DNA of 64,000 bases from an uncultured bacterium (lineage in GTDB: Bacteria > Patescibacteriota > Patescibacteriia > Patescibacteriales > UBA12465): assembly GCA_903874345.1 (NCBI GenBank), contig CAIQRY010000065.1, forward strand, positions 2,679-66,678. Direction: 5' to 3'. The notes beneath the pieces are model-generated. The model was not told the DNA's origin, ran no database searches, and saw only the letters and a list, made by a program, of their open reading frames with translations. The position numbers and the translations under genes are program-made. This document shows positions 19,556-27,482 of the stretch, one piece after another; position 1 is the stretch's first letter; the number at the start of each line of letters is the position of its first letter.

Positions 19556-21568
19556 TTACTTCTTTTTACTGACTGCTTCATTAATAACTGCCAAATCAAC
19601 CAGGTAAGGCAAGGTAATCTGCCCGTCACGATTTCCTTTGTTCCACTCCGCTGCAGTTTTTAATGCGCCGTCTTTCCTGGCCCAAGCGCGACGAGCGACT
19701 CCGCCCATCACATCCCAGGACAATCCGCATTTGATAATCCTATCCACTCGTTTGGTGCCATCCAGGAGCAGGCTGTTACCGCCATTAATGGCCCGGCCAA
19801 TACCGACCCCGCCACCGTTAGACAGAACGACCATGGTAAAACCGCGAGCGACATTACCGGCAAAACATTGCGTCGCCATATCGGCTGTTGGTTTGCTACC
19901 GTCATAGATATTAGCCGTTTCCCGATTAGGCGAATCCGTGCCGGAAACGTCGTGGTGGTCACGGCCCAACATAATCGGTCCGATCTCGCCGTTTCTAACT
20001 GCCTTATTGAAAGCCAAGGCGATTTTTATCCTTCCCTGTTCGTCGTTGTACATGATGCGCGCCTGGGTGCCAAGAACTAAATCGTTTTTCTCGGCATCGG
20101 CAATCCATTGGTAATTGTCGCGGTGCAAGGAACTCTGGGTCGGATCAATCAGAGACATCACAATTTGATCCGTCTTTTTCAGGTCTTCTTTTTTCCCGCT
20201 CAAACAAACCCAGCGGAATGGTCCGAAGCCATGGTCGAAACAAATCGGCCCCATGATATCCTCGACATAGGAAGGCCAGATGAATCCGTCGTTGGTGTTC
20301 ACGCCGTTTTTAGCAATTTCCTTAAGGCCGGATTTGAAAACGGCATTCATAAAATTATTGCCGTAGTCCCAGAAACGAACGCCCCGCTCGGTCAGATTTT
20401 TAATCGCTATGAAATGGCGCTTTAATGATTCGTCAACCATTTTTTTAAAGCGTGTCTTCTTTTTACTGAGTAGATAGCGGCCTTCTGCAAAATCAACGTC
20501 CACTGGCGTATAACCGCCTTCATAAGCAGCGTGACAGGACGTTTGATCAGAAAGCAAATCGACATCCACATGATAATCAACCAGGTATTCGAGCAGATCA
20601 ACGATGTTACCGTGATAGGCGAGAGCCAGGGGTTGTTTGGATAATTTGTACTTCTCAATCAAATAAGCAACTTCGCTCAAATCAGAAGTATATTGATCAA
20701 TCCAGCCCCTCTCCTTGCGCAGCTTAATGCGTCCCTGATCAACTTCGGCAATAACAGCGATTCCGCCAGCAATCTTAACAGCTTTGGGCTGAGCGCAGGA
20801 CATGCCGCCCAAACCAGAAGAAACAAAACATTTACCGGCTAAATTCTGATCTTCGCGCACGCCTAAATACTGTCGGGCGGCGTTAAGGATAGTAATATAG
20901 GTACCATGAATGATGCCCTGAGTACCGATATACATCCAGCCGCCGGCCGTCATCTGACCATAATTAGAAACGCCCAGAGCAGCCAGTCGCTTGAACTCTT
21001 CGGCATTATCCCATTCACCGACCAGTAAAGCGTTGGTGCAGATAACGCGCGGCGCATTGACCGAGGACTTAAAAAGCCCAACCGGATGCCCCGAACTGAT
21101 AACCAGAGTCTGATCACGGCGCATTGCCTGTAAATATTTCTTGACCAGGAGATACTGCATCCAATTCTGAAAAGTCTGCCCAGTCTCGCCATAGGTGACG
21201 AGCTCATAGGGATAAAGAGCGACATCGAAGTCAAGATTATTATCAATCATGACTTGCAAGGCCCGGGCTTCAGGGATGCCTTCATATTGGTCCATCGGCT
21301 TTCCGTAAATCCTTCCTTCGGGACGGAAACGATAAGCATAAATTCGGCCGCGAGTTCGGAGCTCTTCTAAGAATTCATCGACCAGATCAGCGTGCCTTTC
21401 GGCGGGAATGTAACGTAACGCGTTTCGGAGCGCCAGTTCAATCTCCTTCGGTTCAAGCTCTAAAGCGCGATCAGGCGCTCGCATGAATTTCGGGTCGAAA
21501 GTTTTTGGCGGCGGTAATTCGGCTGATAACTTGATTTCCATAGAATCAGCAATGTCTGAATTTCTCAT
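19556..21568 (-). CDS. hutU: Urocanate hydratase, long (~670 aa) form
   Basis: NNLDFDVALYPYELVTYG, YGQMTAGGWMYIG, SDQTSCH, GFGPFRW, GRDHHDVSGTDSP. Confidence 0.95.
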   Translation of the reverse strand: MRNSDIADSMEIKLSAELPPPKTFDPKFMRAPDRALELEPKEIELALRNALRYIPAERHADLVDEFLEELRTRGRIYAYRFRPEGRIYGKPMDQYEGIPEARALQVMIDNNLDFDVALYPYELVTYGETGQTFQNWMQYLLVKKYLQAMRRDQTLVISSGHPVGLFKSSVNAPRVICTNALLVGEWDNAEEFKRLAALGVSNYGQMTAGGWMYIGTQGIIHGTYITILNAARQYLGVREDQNLAGKCFVSSGLGGMSCAQPKAVKIAGGIAVIAEVDQGRIKLRKERGWIDQYTSDLSEVAYLIEKYKLSKQPLALAYHGNIVDLLEYLVDYHVDVDLLSDQTSCHAAYEGGYTPVDVDFAEGRYLLSKKKTRFKKMVDESLKRHFIAIKNLTERGVRFWDYGNNFMNAVFKSGLKEIAKNGVNTNDGFIWPSYVEDIMGPICFDHGFGPFRWVCLSGKKEDLKKTDQIVMSLIDPTQSSLHRDNYQWIADAEKNDLVLGTQARIMYNDEQGRIKIALAFNKAVRNGEIGPIMLGRDHHDVSGTDSPNRETANIYDGSKPTADMATQCFAGNVARGFTMVVLSNGGGVGIGRAINGGNSLLLDGTKRVDRIIKCGLSWDVMGGVARRAWARKDGALKTAAEWNKGNRDGQITLPYLVDLAVINEAVSKKK

Positions 21569-21669
21569 AATAAAGGTTTAGGGTTAATAATTGACTATTT
21601 TAAATTTGTAAAGGACAAATCACTAAGCGTGATTAAATATCTTAGCTCTTCCCGGCGCCTCACGTCAAT

Positions 21670-21695
21670 AAAAAACTCGCTTATTTCTAAGCGAG
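21670..21695 (-). terminator. Intrinsic terminator after tRNA-His
   Basis: CTCGCTTA/TAAGCGAG stem followed by T-tract on minus strand. Confidence 0.75.
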
Positions 21696-21701
21696 CTCTC
21701 G

Positions 21702-21776
21702 GGGGTATGACGGGGTTCGAACCCGCGACCCTCAGATCCACAATCTGATGCTCTAACCAACTGAACTACATACCCC
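21702..21776 (-). tRNA. tRNA-His (GTG)
   Basis: Cloverleaf: GGGTATG/CATACCC acceptor with encoded G-1 and C73, anticodon arm TCAGA-TTGTGGA-TCTGA, GGTTCGAAC T-arm; full CCA not encoded. Confidence 0.96.
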
Positions 21777-21844
21777 GTATATTTTTATAATAAAGATCTA
21801 TTTAATTTTCTTTTTATAATACCAAAATAATTAAATAATGTCAA

Positions 21845-22522
21845 CTATGACTTATTTTTATATACAATCTCAGAATATAGAGATTTCTTCTTATTATAAA
21901 ATTTGGCCCACTCCTTATCACCATAAGAAAAATGCCACCACTCACCATAAAACGGGGCTAGTCCTTGGGCGACTAATAAATTATGAAGAAGAGTTCGATT
22001 AGCTATTTGTTTCCGACTAATTTTTTTTGAAAAAGTTTTTATTTTTTCCGAGTCATGATAGTCCGCAATCTTCGTCCCCATATCTAATTCTCGACCCTGA
22101 GAAACTATTGTTATGTCGACCGCTCCGCCAACGCTATGGCCAGCGACATCTGGCGAAGCCACAAAATTATGAGTTAATGACGTTAACGCAAAATCATTTA
22201 ATCGAGGATATTTTTCGGCCAACTTCTTTTTAAATTGTTTGAAATATTTCTGCTGAATAGCGGGGTGACGATAACCATAAACTATCTTTAATTTAGCCTC
22301 GGGTAATAATTTTTGCAGTTTTTGATTGGCTCTATTTAATTTGACTCCTAAACTTTTCCGAACCAAAATATTAAAACCAACATAAGGTCGCATGTCTTTT
22401 TTTTGATAATGGCAGATTATGTCCGGATAAAGCTTATTTAAAACAACTAGCGGTTCTTTATTATCGCCACCGGCAATTTTTTGTAAATCCTGATATTTTA
22501 AAATTTTTTTTACTCTTGGCAT
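21845..22522 (-). CDS. D-alanyl-D-alanine dipeptidase-like (VanX/M15D) Zn peptidase
   Basis: YGYRHP, GHSVGGAVDIT, LDMGT, EWWHFSY. Confidence 0.88.
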   Translation of the reverse strand: MPRVKKILKYQDLQKIAGGDNKEPLVVLNKLYPDIICHYQKKDMRPYVGFNILVRKSLGVKLNRANQKLQKLLPEAKLKIVYGYRHPAIQQKYFKQFKKKLAEKYPRLNDFALTSLTHNFVASPDVAGHSVGGAVDITIVSQGRELDMGTKIADYHDSEKIKTFSKKISRKQIANRTLLHNLLVAQGLAPFYGEWWHFSYGDKEWAKFYNKKKSLYSEIVYKNKS

Positions 22523-22562
22523 AAATAATCCCTTTATTTTTTAAATTTTAACACATTTTTTT

Positions 22563-22592
22563 AAAAAAGCCCACCTAAAAAGGCGGGCTTTT
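22563..22592 (-). terminator. Intrinsic terminator after GNAT gene
   Basis: AAAAGCCCACCT...AGGCGGGCTTTT hairpin with T-tract. Confidence 0.7.
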
Positions 22593-22610
22593 GCATTTAT
22601 CATTTTTATT

Positions 22611-23186
22611 TCAAACGATTTCGCCATACAAATAAATTCGGCATTTACTCGCGGAGACAACGCCGATAGCGGAAACATCCTGGCAGAAGCCATTTATTTT
22701 CTTGGCTCCCAACTTAAGATAAATTCCCAAGGAATTACTACCTTCAGACGCAGTGCGCATCACATAAGTTTTGATTCCCTGTCCTTTGGCCCAGACCCAA
22801 CGCTGCTTAATTAACTCAGTGCCAATTCCTCGCTGTCGATAATCAGACATAACGGCCACTTCCGACATATAGCACGCGTCAATCCAGGAAAAAGGTAATT
22901 TCAAATTATGACTCAGAGAATCACGAACATCGCTGTTCGGTTCACCGGCCTGAATTTGTTTAAGTGGGATACTACAACTTAAACCGACAACTTGTTCATC
23001 AGCCAAGGCTAAAAAGATACAGCCTTTGCTCAAGTGCGGTTTCCAAACCCAGTTAAGAACCTCATCGCTTTGATAAGTTTCAAAGTAGGGCGGACCAGCA
23101 AAAACCTCTTTATAAACCTGGATAAATTCTGCTTGATAATGTGCGGAGGAGTCTGCTGTCACTTGGACAAATTTAATTTCCGGCAT
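22611..23186 (-). CDS. GNAT-family N-acetyltransferase
   Basis: EVAVMSDYRQRGIGTEL acetyl-CoA motif A; overlaps racemase stop; SD GGAGG. Confidence 0.88.
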   Translation of the reverse strand: MPEIKFVQVTADSSAHYQAEFIQVYKEVFAGPPYFETYQSDEVLNWVWKPHLSKGCIFLALADEQVVGLSCSIPLKQIQAGEPNSDVRDSLSHNLKLPFSWIDACYMSEVAVMSDYRQRGIGTELIKQRWVWAKGQGIKTYVMRTASEGSNSLGIYLKLGAKKINGFCQDVSAIGVVSASKCRIYLYGEIV

Positions 23187-23928
23187 CTTTTACCTCCATT
23201 TCGCTTTTTAAGATTACATCATTCGATTCAATTAAGACTTCGATCATCTGACCGGTCGGTTGAATTATTCGACTGGCGCTCAAAACTCGAGCAGCCGCAA
23301 TAGAACCAGAGCCGCAAGACGATTCGTAAAAGAAAGAATCAACTCCTTTGACCCAGACGACAGGATCAATTTTTACTTCCGAGCCTACCCGGCTAGTCCA
23401 AATAACACCAACAGCTTCCCGATTTTCCAAACCAAGCGTTTTAACAACCTGGCGGTGTTCACTTTCGTAACTTTTGCTAGGAAATTCCGTTTCCATCACG
23501 ACATGAACAATCCCTCCTAAATCGACTAAAGTGGCCGGCTGGTTTAAAGATAATGCTTTAATCTTAAGTGGCATATTCGGGAAACGGCATTGCACGAAAA
23601 ATTTATTCTGTCCCAAATCTTTAACCTGACCCTGAACTAAGCCAGGAAAACCGGACATCGTGAATTCAACTTGATGCTGTTTTTTAATCTGCGCGAAAAG
23701 AATAGCGACCGCCCGTGCGGCGTTACCGCAAAATTCTCCACCGCTCATTTCAAAATGATTATCGCTAACAATCAAAAAGCCGGCTTGCTCAACCTGCTGC
23801 GCTTGATTATTATTAATTAGATCTCGGCCCAGATTTTCATACTCGGCCTTTGTTTTTGGCACAGCTAACACCTGGATAGCCGTGATGTTCCCGCCGGCAG
23901 CGGCGATGATGTACAGATTCTTGTCCAT
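23173..23928 (-). CDS. DapF-fold PLP-independent racemase, CntK/histidine racemase-like
   Basis: GGNIT, EQAGF, MSGGEFCGNA and ESSCGSG two-Cys motifs, IQPTG; pattern fits staphylococcal CntK better than DapF. Confidence 0.8.
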   Translation of the reverse strand: MDKNLYIIAAAGGNITAIQVLAVPKTKAEYENLGRDLINNNQAQQVEQAGFLIVSDNHFEMSGGEFCGNAARAVAILFAQIKKQHQVEFTMSGFPGLVQGQVKDLGQNKFFVQCRFPNMPLKIKALSLNQPATLVDLGGIVHVVMETEFPSKSYESEHRQVVKTLGLENREAVGVIWTSRVGSEVKIDPVVWVKGVDSFFYESSCGSGSIAAARVLSASRIIQPTGQMIEVLIESNDVILKSEMEVKDAGN

Positions 23929-24011
23929 ATTAAACTGAATTTATTTGTTTTTACTATTTTAAAAGAGCGCTTGTCTTCTTAACTACTAAGAAGGGTCCGA
24001 ATCAGCAAAAA

Positions 24012-24344
24012 TTATTCCTGATTCCGACTCTGCTTGGTAGCCGAGTCGGAATGGTGGTGCGCTCTTATTTTATCAATTATTGTCTTATAACCGTTCATGC
24101 CATGATTAAGCCATTTCGAAATACGAGCAATCGTCGCGGAACTTAATCCGGTTTCCTTTTCGATTTCGATATACGATTTCTTGTTTTCAAGCATTTGGGC
24201 GGCATGCCACCGTTTACCGAATTCAAGAATTTCTTGCTCGGTCAAAAGATCGCGAAAAAACCGGCGCGCTTCATCAAGATCATTCAATCTGAGAATCGCT
24301 TCGTATAAATCGGCGGAAAATATATTGTTATTATCTTTAATCAT
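24012..24344 (-). CDS. TrpR-like YerC/YecD repressor (HisR-type)
   Basis: FFRDLLTEQEI, RWHAAQML, SYIEIEKETGLSSATIARISKWL HTH, GY. Confidence 0.9.
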   Translation of the reverse strand: MIKDNNNIFSADLYEAILRLNDLDEARRFFRDLLTEQEILEFGKRWHAAQMLENKKSYIEIEKETGLSSATIARISKWLNHGMNGYKTIIDKIRAHHHSDSATKQSRNQE

Positions 24345-24349
24345 TTTTT

Positions 24350-24387
24350 CACTTCACCTTAATAAAGCACTTTATCATATTAAAGCA
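24350..24387. promoter_or_regulatory. Tandem putative HisR operators over the repressor's -10 and SD
   Basis: CACTTCACCTTAATAAAGCA (24350-24369) and CACTTTATCATATTAAAGCA (24368-24387). Confidence 0.72.
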
Positions 24388-24405
24388 TCGGCAAATACTT
24401 GTCAA
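24377..24405 (-). promoter_or_regulatory. Sigma70-type promoter of repressor-racemase-GNAT unit
   Basis: TTGACA-17 nt-TAATAT. Confidence 0.72.
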
Positions 24406-24412
24406 GAGATAT

Positions 24413-24438
24413 AAAAAACTCCCTTCTTCGGGGAGTTT
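24413..24438 (-). terminator. Intrinsic terminator after methyltransferase
   Basis: AAACTCCC...GGGAGTTT hairpin with T-tract on minus strand. Confidence 0.7.
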
Positions 24439-24443
24439 ATTGG

Positions 24444-25094
24444 TTATTTCTGGATACGCCAGAGGATTACTTCGTCCTCGAGGCTGATTTCTCCTTCCGG
24501 CGGATAAACCTTGGTCATGTGCTGAAAAAGAGCGAGCCGGCTCCCGTAGCTTTTATACAGACTACGTATCAAGTCATCACGATTGTCAAAAACCCAGTCA
24601 ACCGTGTAATTGAAATTTGTTTTGCGTTTCGAATGAAAAAGGCGCAAGCTAAAATCCGCTTTGGCTAAAACAGCAGTTTCATCATGAACCGGTGCTAAAA
24701 AGCGACAATATTCACCATTGGCCACTGGTTCAATCACAATGATTTCGCCGCCAGGAATTAGGACCCGATAAGCCTCGACGATTGCTTTTATTGGTTCGGG
24801 ATGGTGGTGTAAAGAATAGGAAAAGAACACAAAGTCAAAAAGATTATCGTCGAAGATGAATAAATCATCGCCTGACATCACTCGGCAATCGAACTTATCG
24901 ATATGCTCTTGTAATTTTTTCTTAGTGATAGCCAACTTTTTTTCGTCGGGATCTATCGCTATTAAGCTAGCCCCCTCAGCAATCAACATTTCTGAAAAAT
25001 ATCCTTCACCGCAACCGATTTCCAGGACGTTTTTACCAGAAAAATTTAATAAAGAAAGAAGGCCTCTTTCGGTTTGCAAACGATCTCTTATCAT
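24444..25094 (-). CDS. Class I SAM-dependent methyltransferase
   Basis: VLEIGCGEG motif I, AIDPD, FDFVFFSYSLHH, RVLIPGG. Confidence 0.9.
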   Translation of the reverse strand: MIRDRLQTERGLLSLLNFSGKNVLEIGCGEGYFSEMLIAEGASLIAIDPDEKKLAITKKKLQEHIDKFDCRVMSGDDLFIFDDNLFDFVFFSYSLHHHPEPIKAIVEAYRVLIPGGEIIVIEPVANGEYCRFLAPVHDETAVLAKADFSLRLFHSKRKTNFNYTVDWVFDNRDDLIRSLYKSYGSRLALFQHMTKVYPPEGEISLEDEVILWRIQK

Positions 25095-25154
25095 AAACAG
25101 TTTATTTTGTGGGTTTAATTGTTAAATGACAGTCTTGAAAAATAATCCCTTATC

Positions 25155-26555
25155 TTATCTACTCCTCGCCTTTTTGTCAATTATAAACTTTCGAGATATA
25201 AATAACAAAATAATTAAAGCTCCATAATACGCCCCGCCCCACCACCAATTAAAATCATTAATCGTAACCGCGGCCCAGGTCGGGCGCGCTAAAAAATTAG
25301 CAACGATAAAAATAAATTTTAAAAGAAAATAAGACAGTCCGAACCAGAGTGGCGCCAAAGCAGGTAAAAGCGCGGCCAGAAACAAAGCGATGATAAGCGA
25401 GCCTAAAATAAAAGGAAAAGCCCAAAGCAATAATAAATTAGCCAGCGGCGCGATAAGGGATAATTGTTTAAAATTAATAAGAGCAACCGGCAAAATCACA
25501 ATCTGCGAAACTAAAGTCAGATTAATAGTTTCTAAACCGGTCTTAATTATTTTAACGGTTCCCCGCCCCCATTTTTTATGCTCCAGCCATTTTTTCGTTA
25601 AAGTTTCTCCCAAGGGATAAATATAAATGATTCCTAAAAGAGCGACAAAAGATAGCTGAAAACCAATATCCGCCCGCAAGAGCCGCGGATTAAATACAAG
25701 CATCGCGGACGCGGAAAAAATCAAAGCATTAATTAAGGAGCTCTGCCGATTATAATAAACCGCCAAAAAAGCCAAGCCACCCATAATCGCCGACCGGACG
25801 GCGGAAGCGGCGAGGCCAGTCACGAGCGGATATAAAAATAAAAAACCAAAAATAATAATTAAGGAGCGACGGCGGCTAAGCCCTAGGGTCAGAAAGAAAT
25901 TAATAATCATGGCGCTGAGTATCGTGATATGCGAACCGGAAATGGCAATTATATGGCTTATGCCGACACGAGAAAAAATTTGCAAATCGCTTTTCAAAAC
26001 TGTCCGATTATAACCGAGCAGGAGGGCGTCAGCTAAACCGGCCTCTGGCTCGGGCAAAGCGCGCTCCATAATTTCTTTTAAACGCCATTTAAAACGCAGG
26101 AGATTTAAATAAATTTTCTGGGAATAGCTTAAAATTCCCGAACTGCTTTCAATTTTCGGATAATACATGACCGAATAAATATCATAACGCGCCAAATAAT
26201 TTTCATAATCAAAGCCCTCTATTTTCGGCGGTGTTTCTAAGCGACCGCTGATTTTAAGCCAATCGCCATAATTATAAACGGGATATAAATTAGTCGTCAC
26301 CAACACTCGGCCGTTAGCGCAAACGGTTAAACGCCGGCTTTTAACATCAACATCGGCCTCCTCGCAAACGCGGCCAATAAGACTGATATAATGGCCATTA
26401 GAAGCAGCTAACTCTCCCGGCTTGACTACCGGCCGAAAGGCATTAATCCGAAAACCCAATATCCAAACCATAAAAATCGTCCAGAAATTAAGCAACAAAA
26501 AAATTCGCGCTGGGGTTAAGCGCTGGGGTGGCCGACGCCGTAAGGAAAAAGCCAT
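25155..26555 (-). CDS. comEC: ComEC/Rec2 competence protein (no MBL domain)
   Basis: GFDYENYL, GISHIIAISGSH, SAVRSAIM, GFQLSF; multiple TM helices. Confidence 0.92.
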   Translation of the reverse strand: MAFSLRRRPPQRLTPARIFLLLNFWTIFMVWILGFRINAFRPVVKPGELAASNGHYISLIGRVCEEADVDVKSRRLTVCANGRVLVTTNLYPVYNYGDWLKISGRLETPPKIEGFDYENYLARYDIYSVMYYPKIESSSGILSYSQKIYLNLLRFKWRLKEIMERALPEPEAGLADALLLGYNRTVLKSDLQIFSRVGISHIIAISGSHITILSAMIINFFLTLGLSRRRSLIIIFGFLFLYPLVTGLAASAVRSAIMGGLAFLAVYYNRQSSLINALIFSASAMLVFNPRLLRADIGFQLSFVALLGIIYIYPLGETLTKKWLEHKKWGRGTVKIIKTGLETINLTLVSQIVILPVALINFKQLSLIAPLANLLLLWAFPFILGSLIIALFLAALLPALAPLWFGLSYFLLKFIFIVANFLARPTWAAVTINDFNWWWGGAYYGALIILLFISRKFIIDKKARSR

Positions 26556-26587
26556 AAAAAAATGCTGTTAGGTTTAGTAACAGCATT
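26556..26587 (-). terminator. Intrinsic terminator after membrane protein gene
   Basis: AATGCTGTTA/TAACAGCATT stem plus T-tract. Confidence 0.7.
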
Positions 26588-26618
26588 GTAACAAATGAGT
26601 TATGAAGAAAAGATAAAC

Positions 26619-27386
26619 TTAAGTGCCGTGCCGAATTTTATGGGCCAGGCCTTCGAACCATCTTTTCCCGGCAAAATTCAGGAATCCGACTAAGATGAAC
26701 AAGGTGACCAAGGTTAGAAACGTCGCTTTAATGATATCTATTTCTTTGCCAATACTTATTTCTACCAAGCGGTAAAAATAACAAAAGAATATACCAATGG
26801 AGAAAATCGCCATTATAATATTGAAGACCTTGTACGGCTTGGAGGGATTTAAGGGTTCGATAATAAAGGCGGCGCTGATTTGAAAACAAGCGCTCATCAC
26901 CAGAAGAATTTCCAAGTGATAATTACCAAAATAGGTTAGGCCGGCACTGATGATAACGATTAACACCAGGAATACATAGAAGAGATGGAAAAGCGGTAAT
27001 CGCAAATAACGCAGACGATGAAATAGTTTGTATCTCCACTCTTCATCAGGAATCGCTAAGAACAAAAGGCCAGCGACAATTACCGAGAGACAAAGCAAAA
27101 ATATCGTAGCGACCATGCCGCTTGAATCTCCATAATGATCAACTATGAAAATAACATAGTTGATTAAGCTGACAACAAAAAAGAAGCCACTCGCGGTTAA
27201 TATCGTATAAAAAATCTCGGGATTTTCAGCTCGTTTGGCCGTCTTAAAAGCTAAGGGCAGACAAAGAGCGGCGCTGATGACGGCATAAAAAAGAAGCTCG
27301 GGATTAGCTACCTTGCCTTGCCCAAGAAATAAAATCGACGCCAGGAGCAAAATCATACTGGTAATCTTCAAAAATGAGTTTTTCAT
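26619..27386 (-). CDS. Hypothetical polytopic membrane protein
   Basis: About 8 hydrophobic segments; own TTGACA-17-TAAGAT promoter (27451-27479); start at MKNSF assumed. Confidence 0.75.
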   Translation of the reverse strand: MKNSFLKITSMILLLASILFLGQGKVANPELLFYAVISAALCLPLAFKTAKRAENPEIFYTILTASGFFFVVSLINYVIFIVDHYGDSSGMVATIFLLCLSVIVAGLLFLAIPDEEWRYKLFHRLRYLRLPLFHLFYVFLVLIVIISAGLTYFGNYHLEILLVMSACFQISAAFIIEPLNPSKPYKVFNIIMAIFSIGIFFCYFYRLVEISIGKEIDIIKATFLTLVTLFILVGFLNFAGKRWFEGLAHKIRHGT

Positions 27387-27482
27387 GGTTACGGGTTTAA
27401 GGTAAATACTAAAATTGTTAAGGTCCAATCTAAATTTTAATTTTCAAATTATCTTACAATTAAAAACTAATTATGTCAATCT

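Noticed and set aside
21596-21615. Possible HisR site upstream of hutU (TATTTTAAATTTGTAAAGGA)
   Set aside because: Several mismatches in AT-rich DNA, and it overlaps the boxA-like motif; too weak to call
21702-21776. tRNA-His as attachment site of an integrated element
   Set aside because: No integrase and no duplicated tRNA 3' end seen; the tRNA sits mid-locus with its own promoter and terminator
21845-22522. Vancomycin-resistance cluster
   Set aside because: No D-Ala-D-Lac ligase, vanH or vanRS nearby
23173-23928. dapF / lysine biosynthesis, or a staphylopine operon
   Set aside because: Motifs fit CntK-type better than DapF; no dap, cntL, cntM or Cnt transporter genes adjacent
24444-25094. 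Methyltransferase as a histidine methylase of the locus
   Set aside because: It has its own promoter and terminator, no operator seen and only generic class I motifs; the link is unsupported though not excluded
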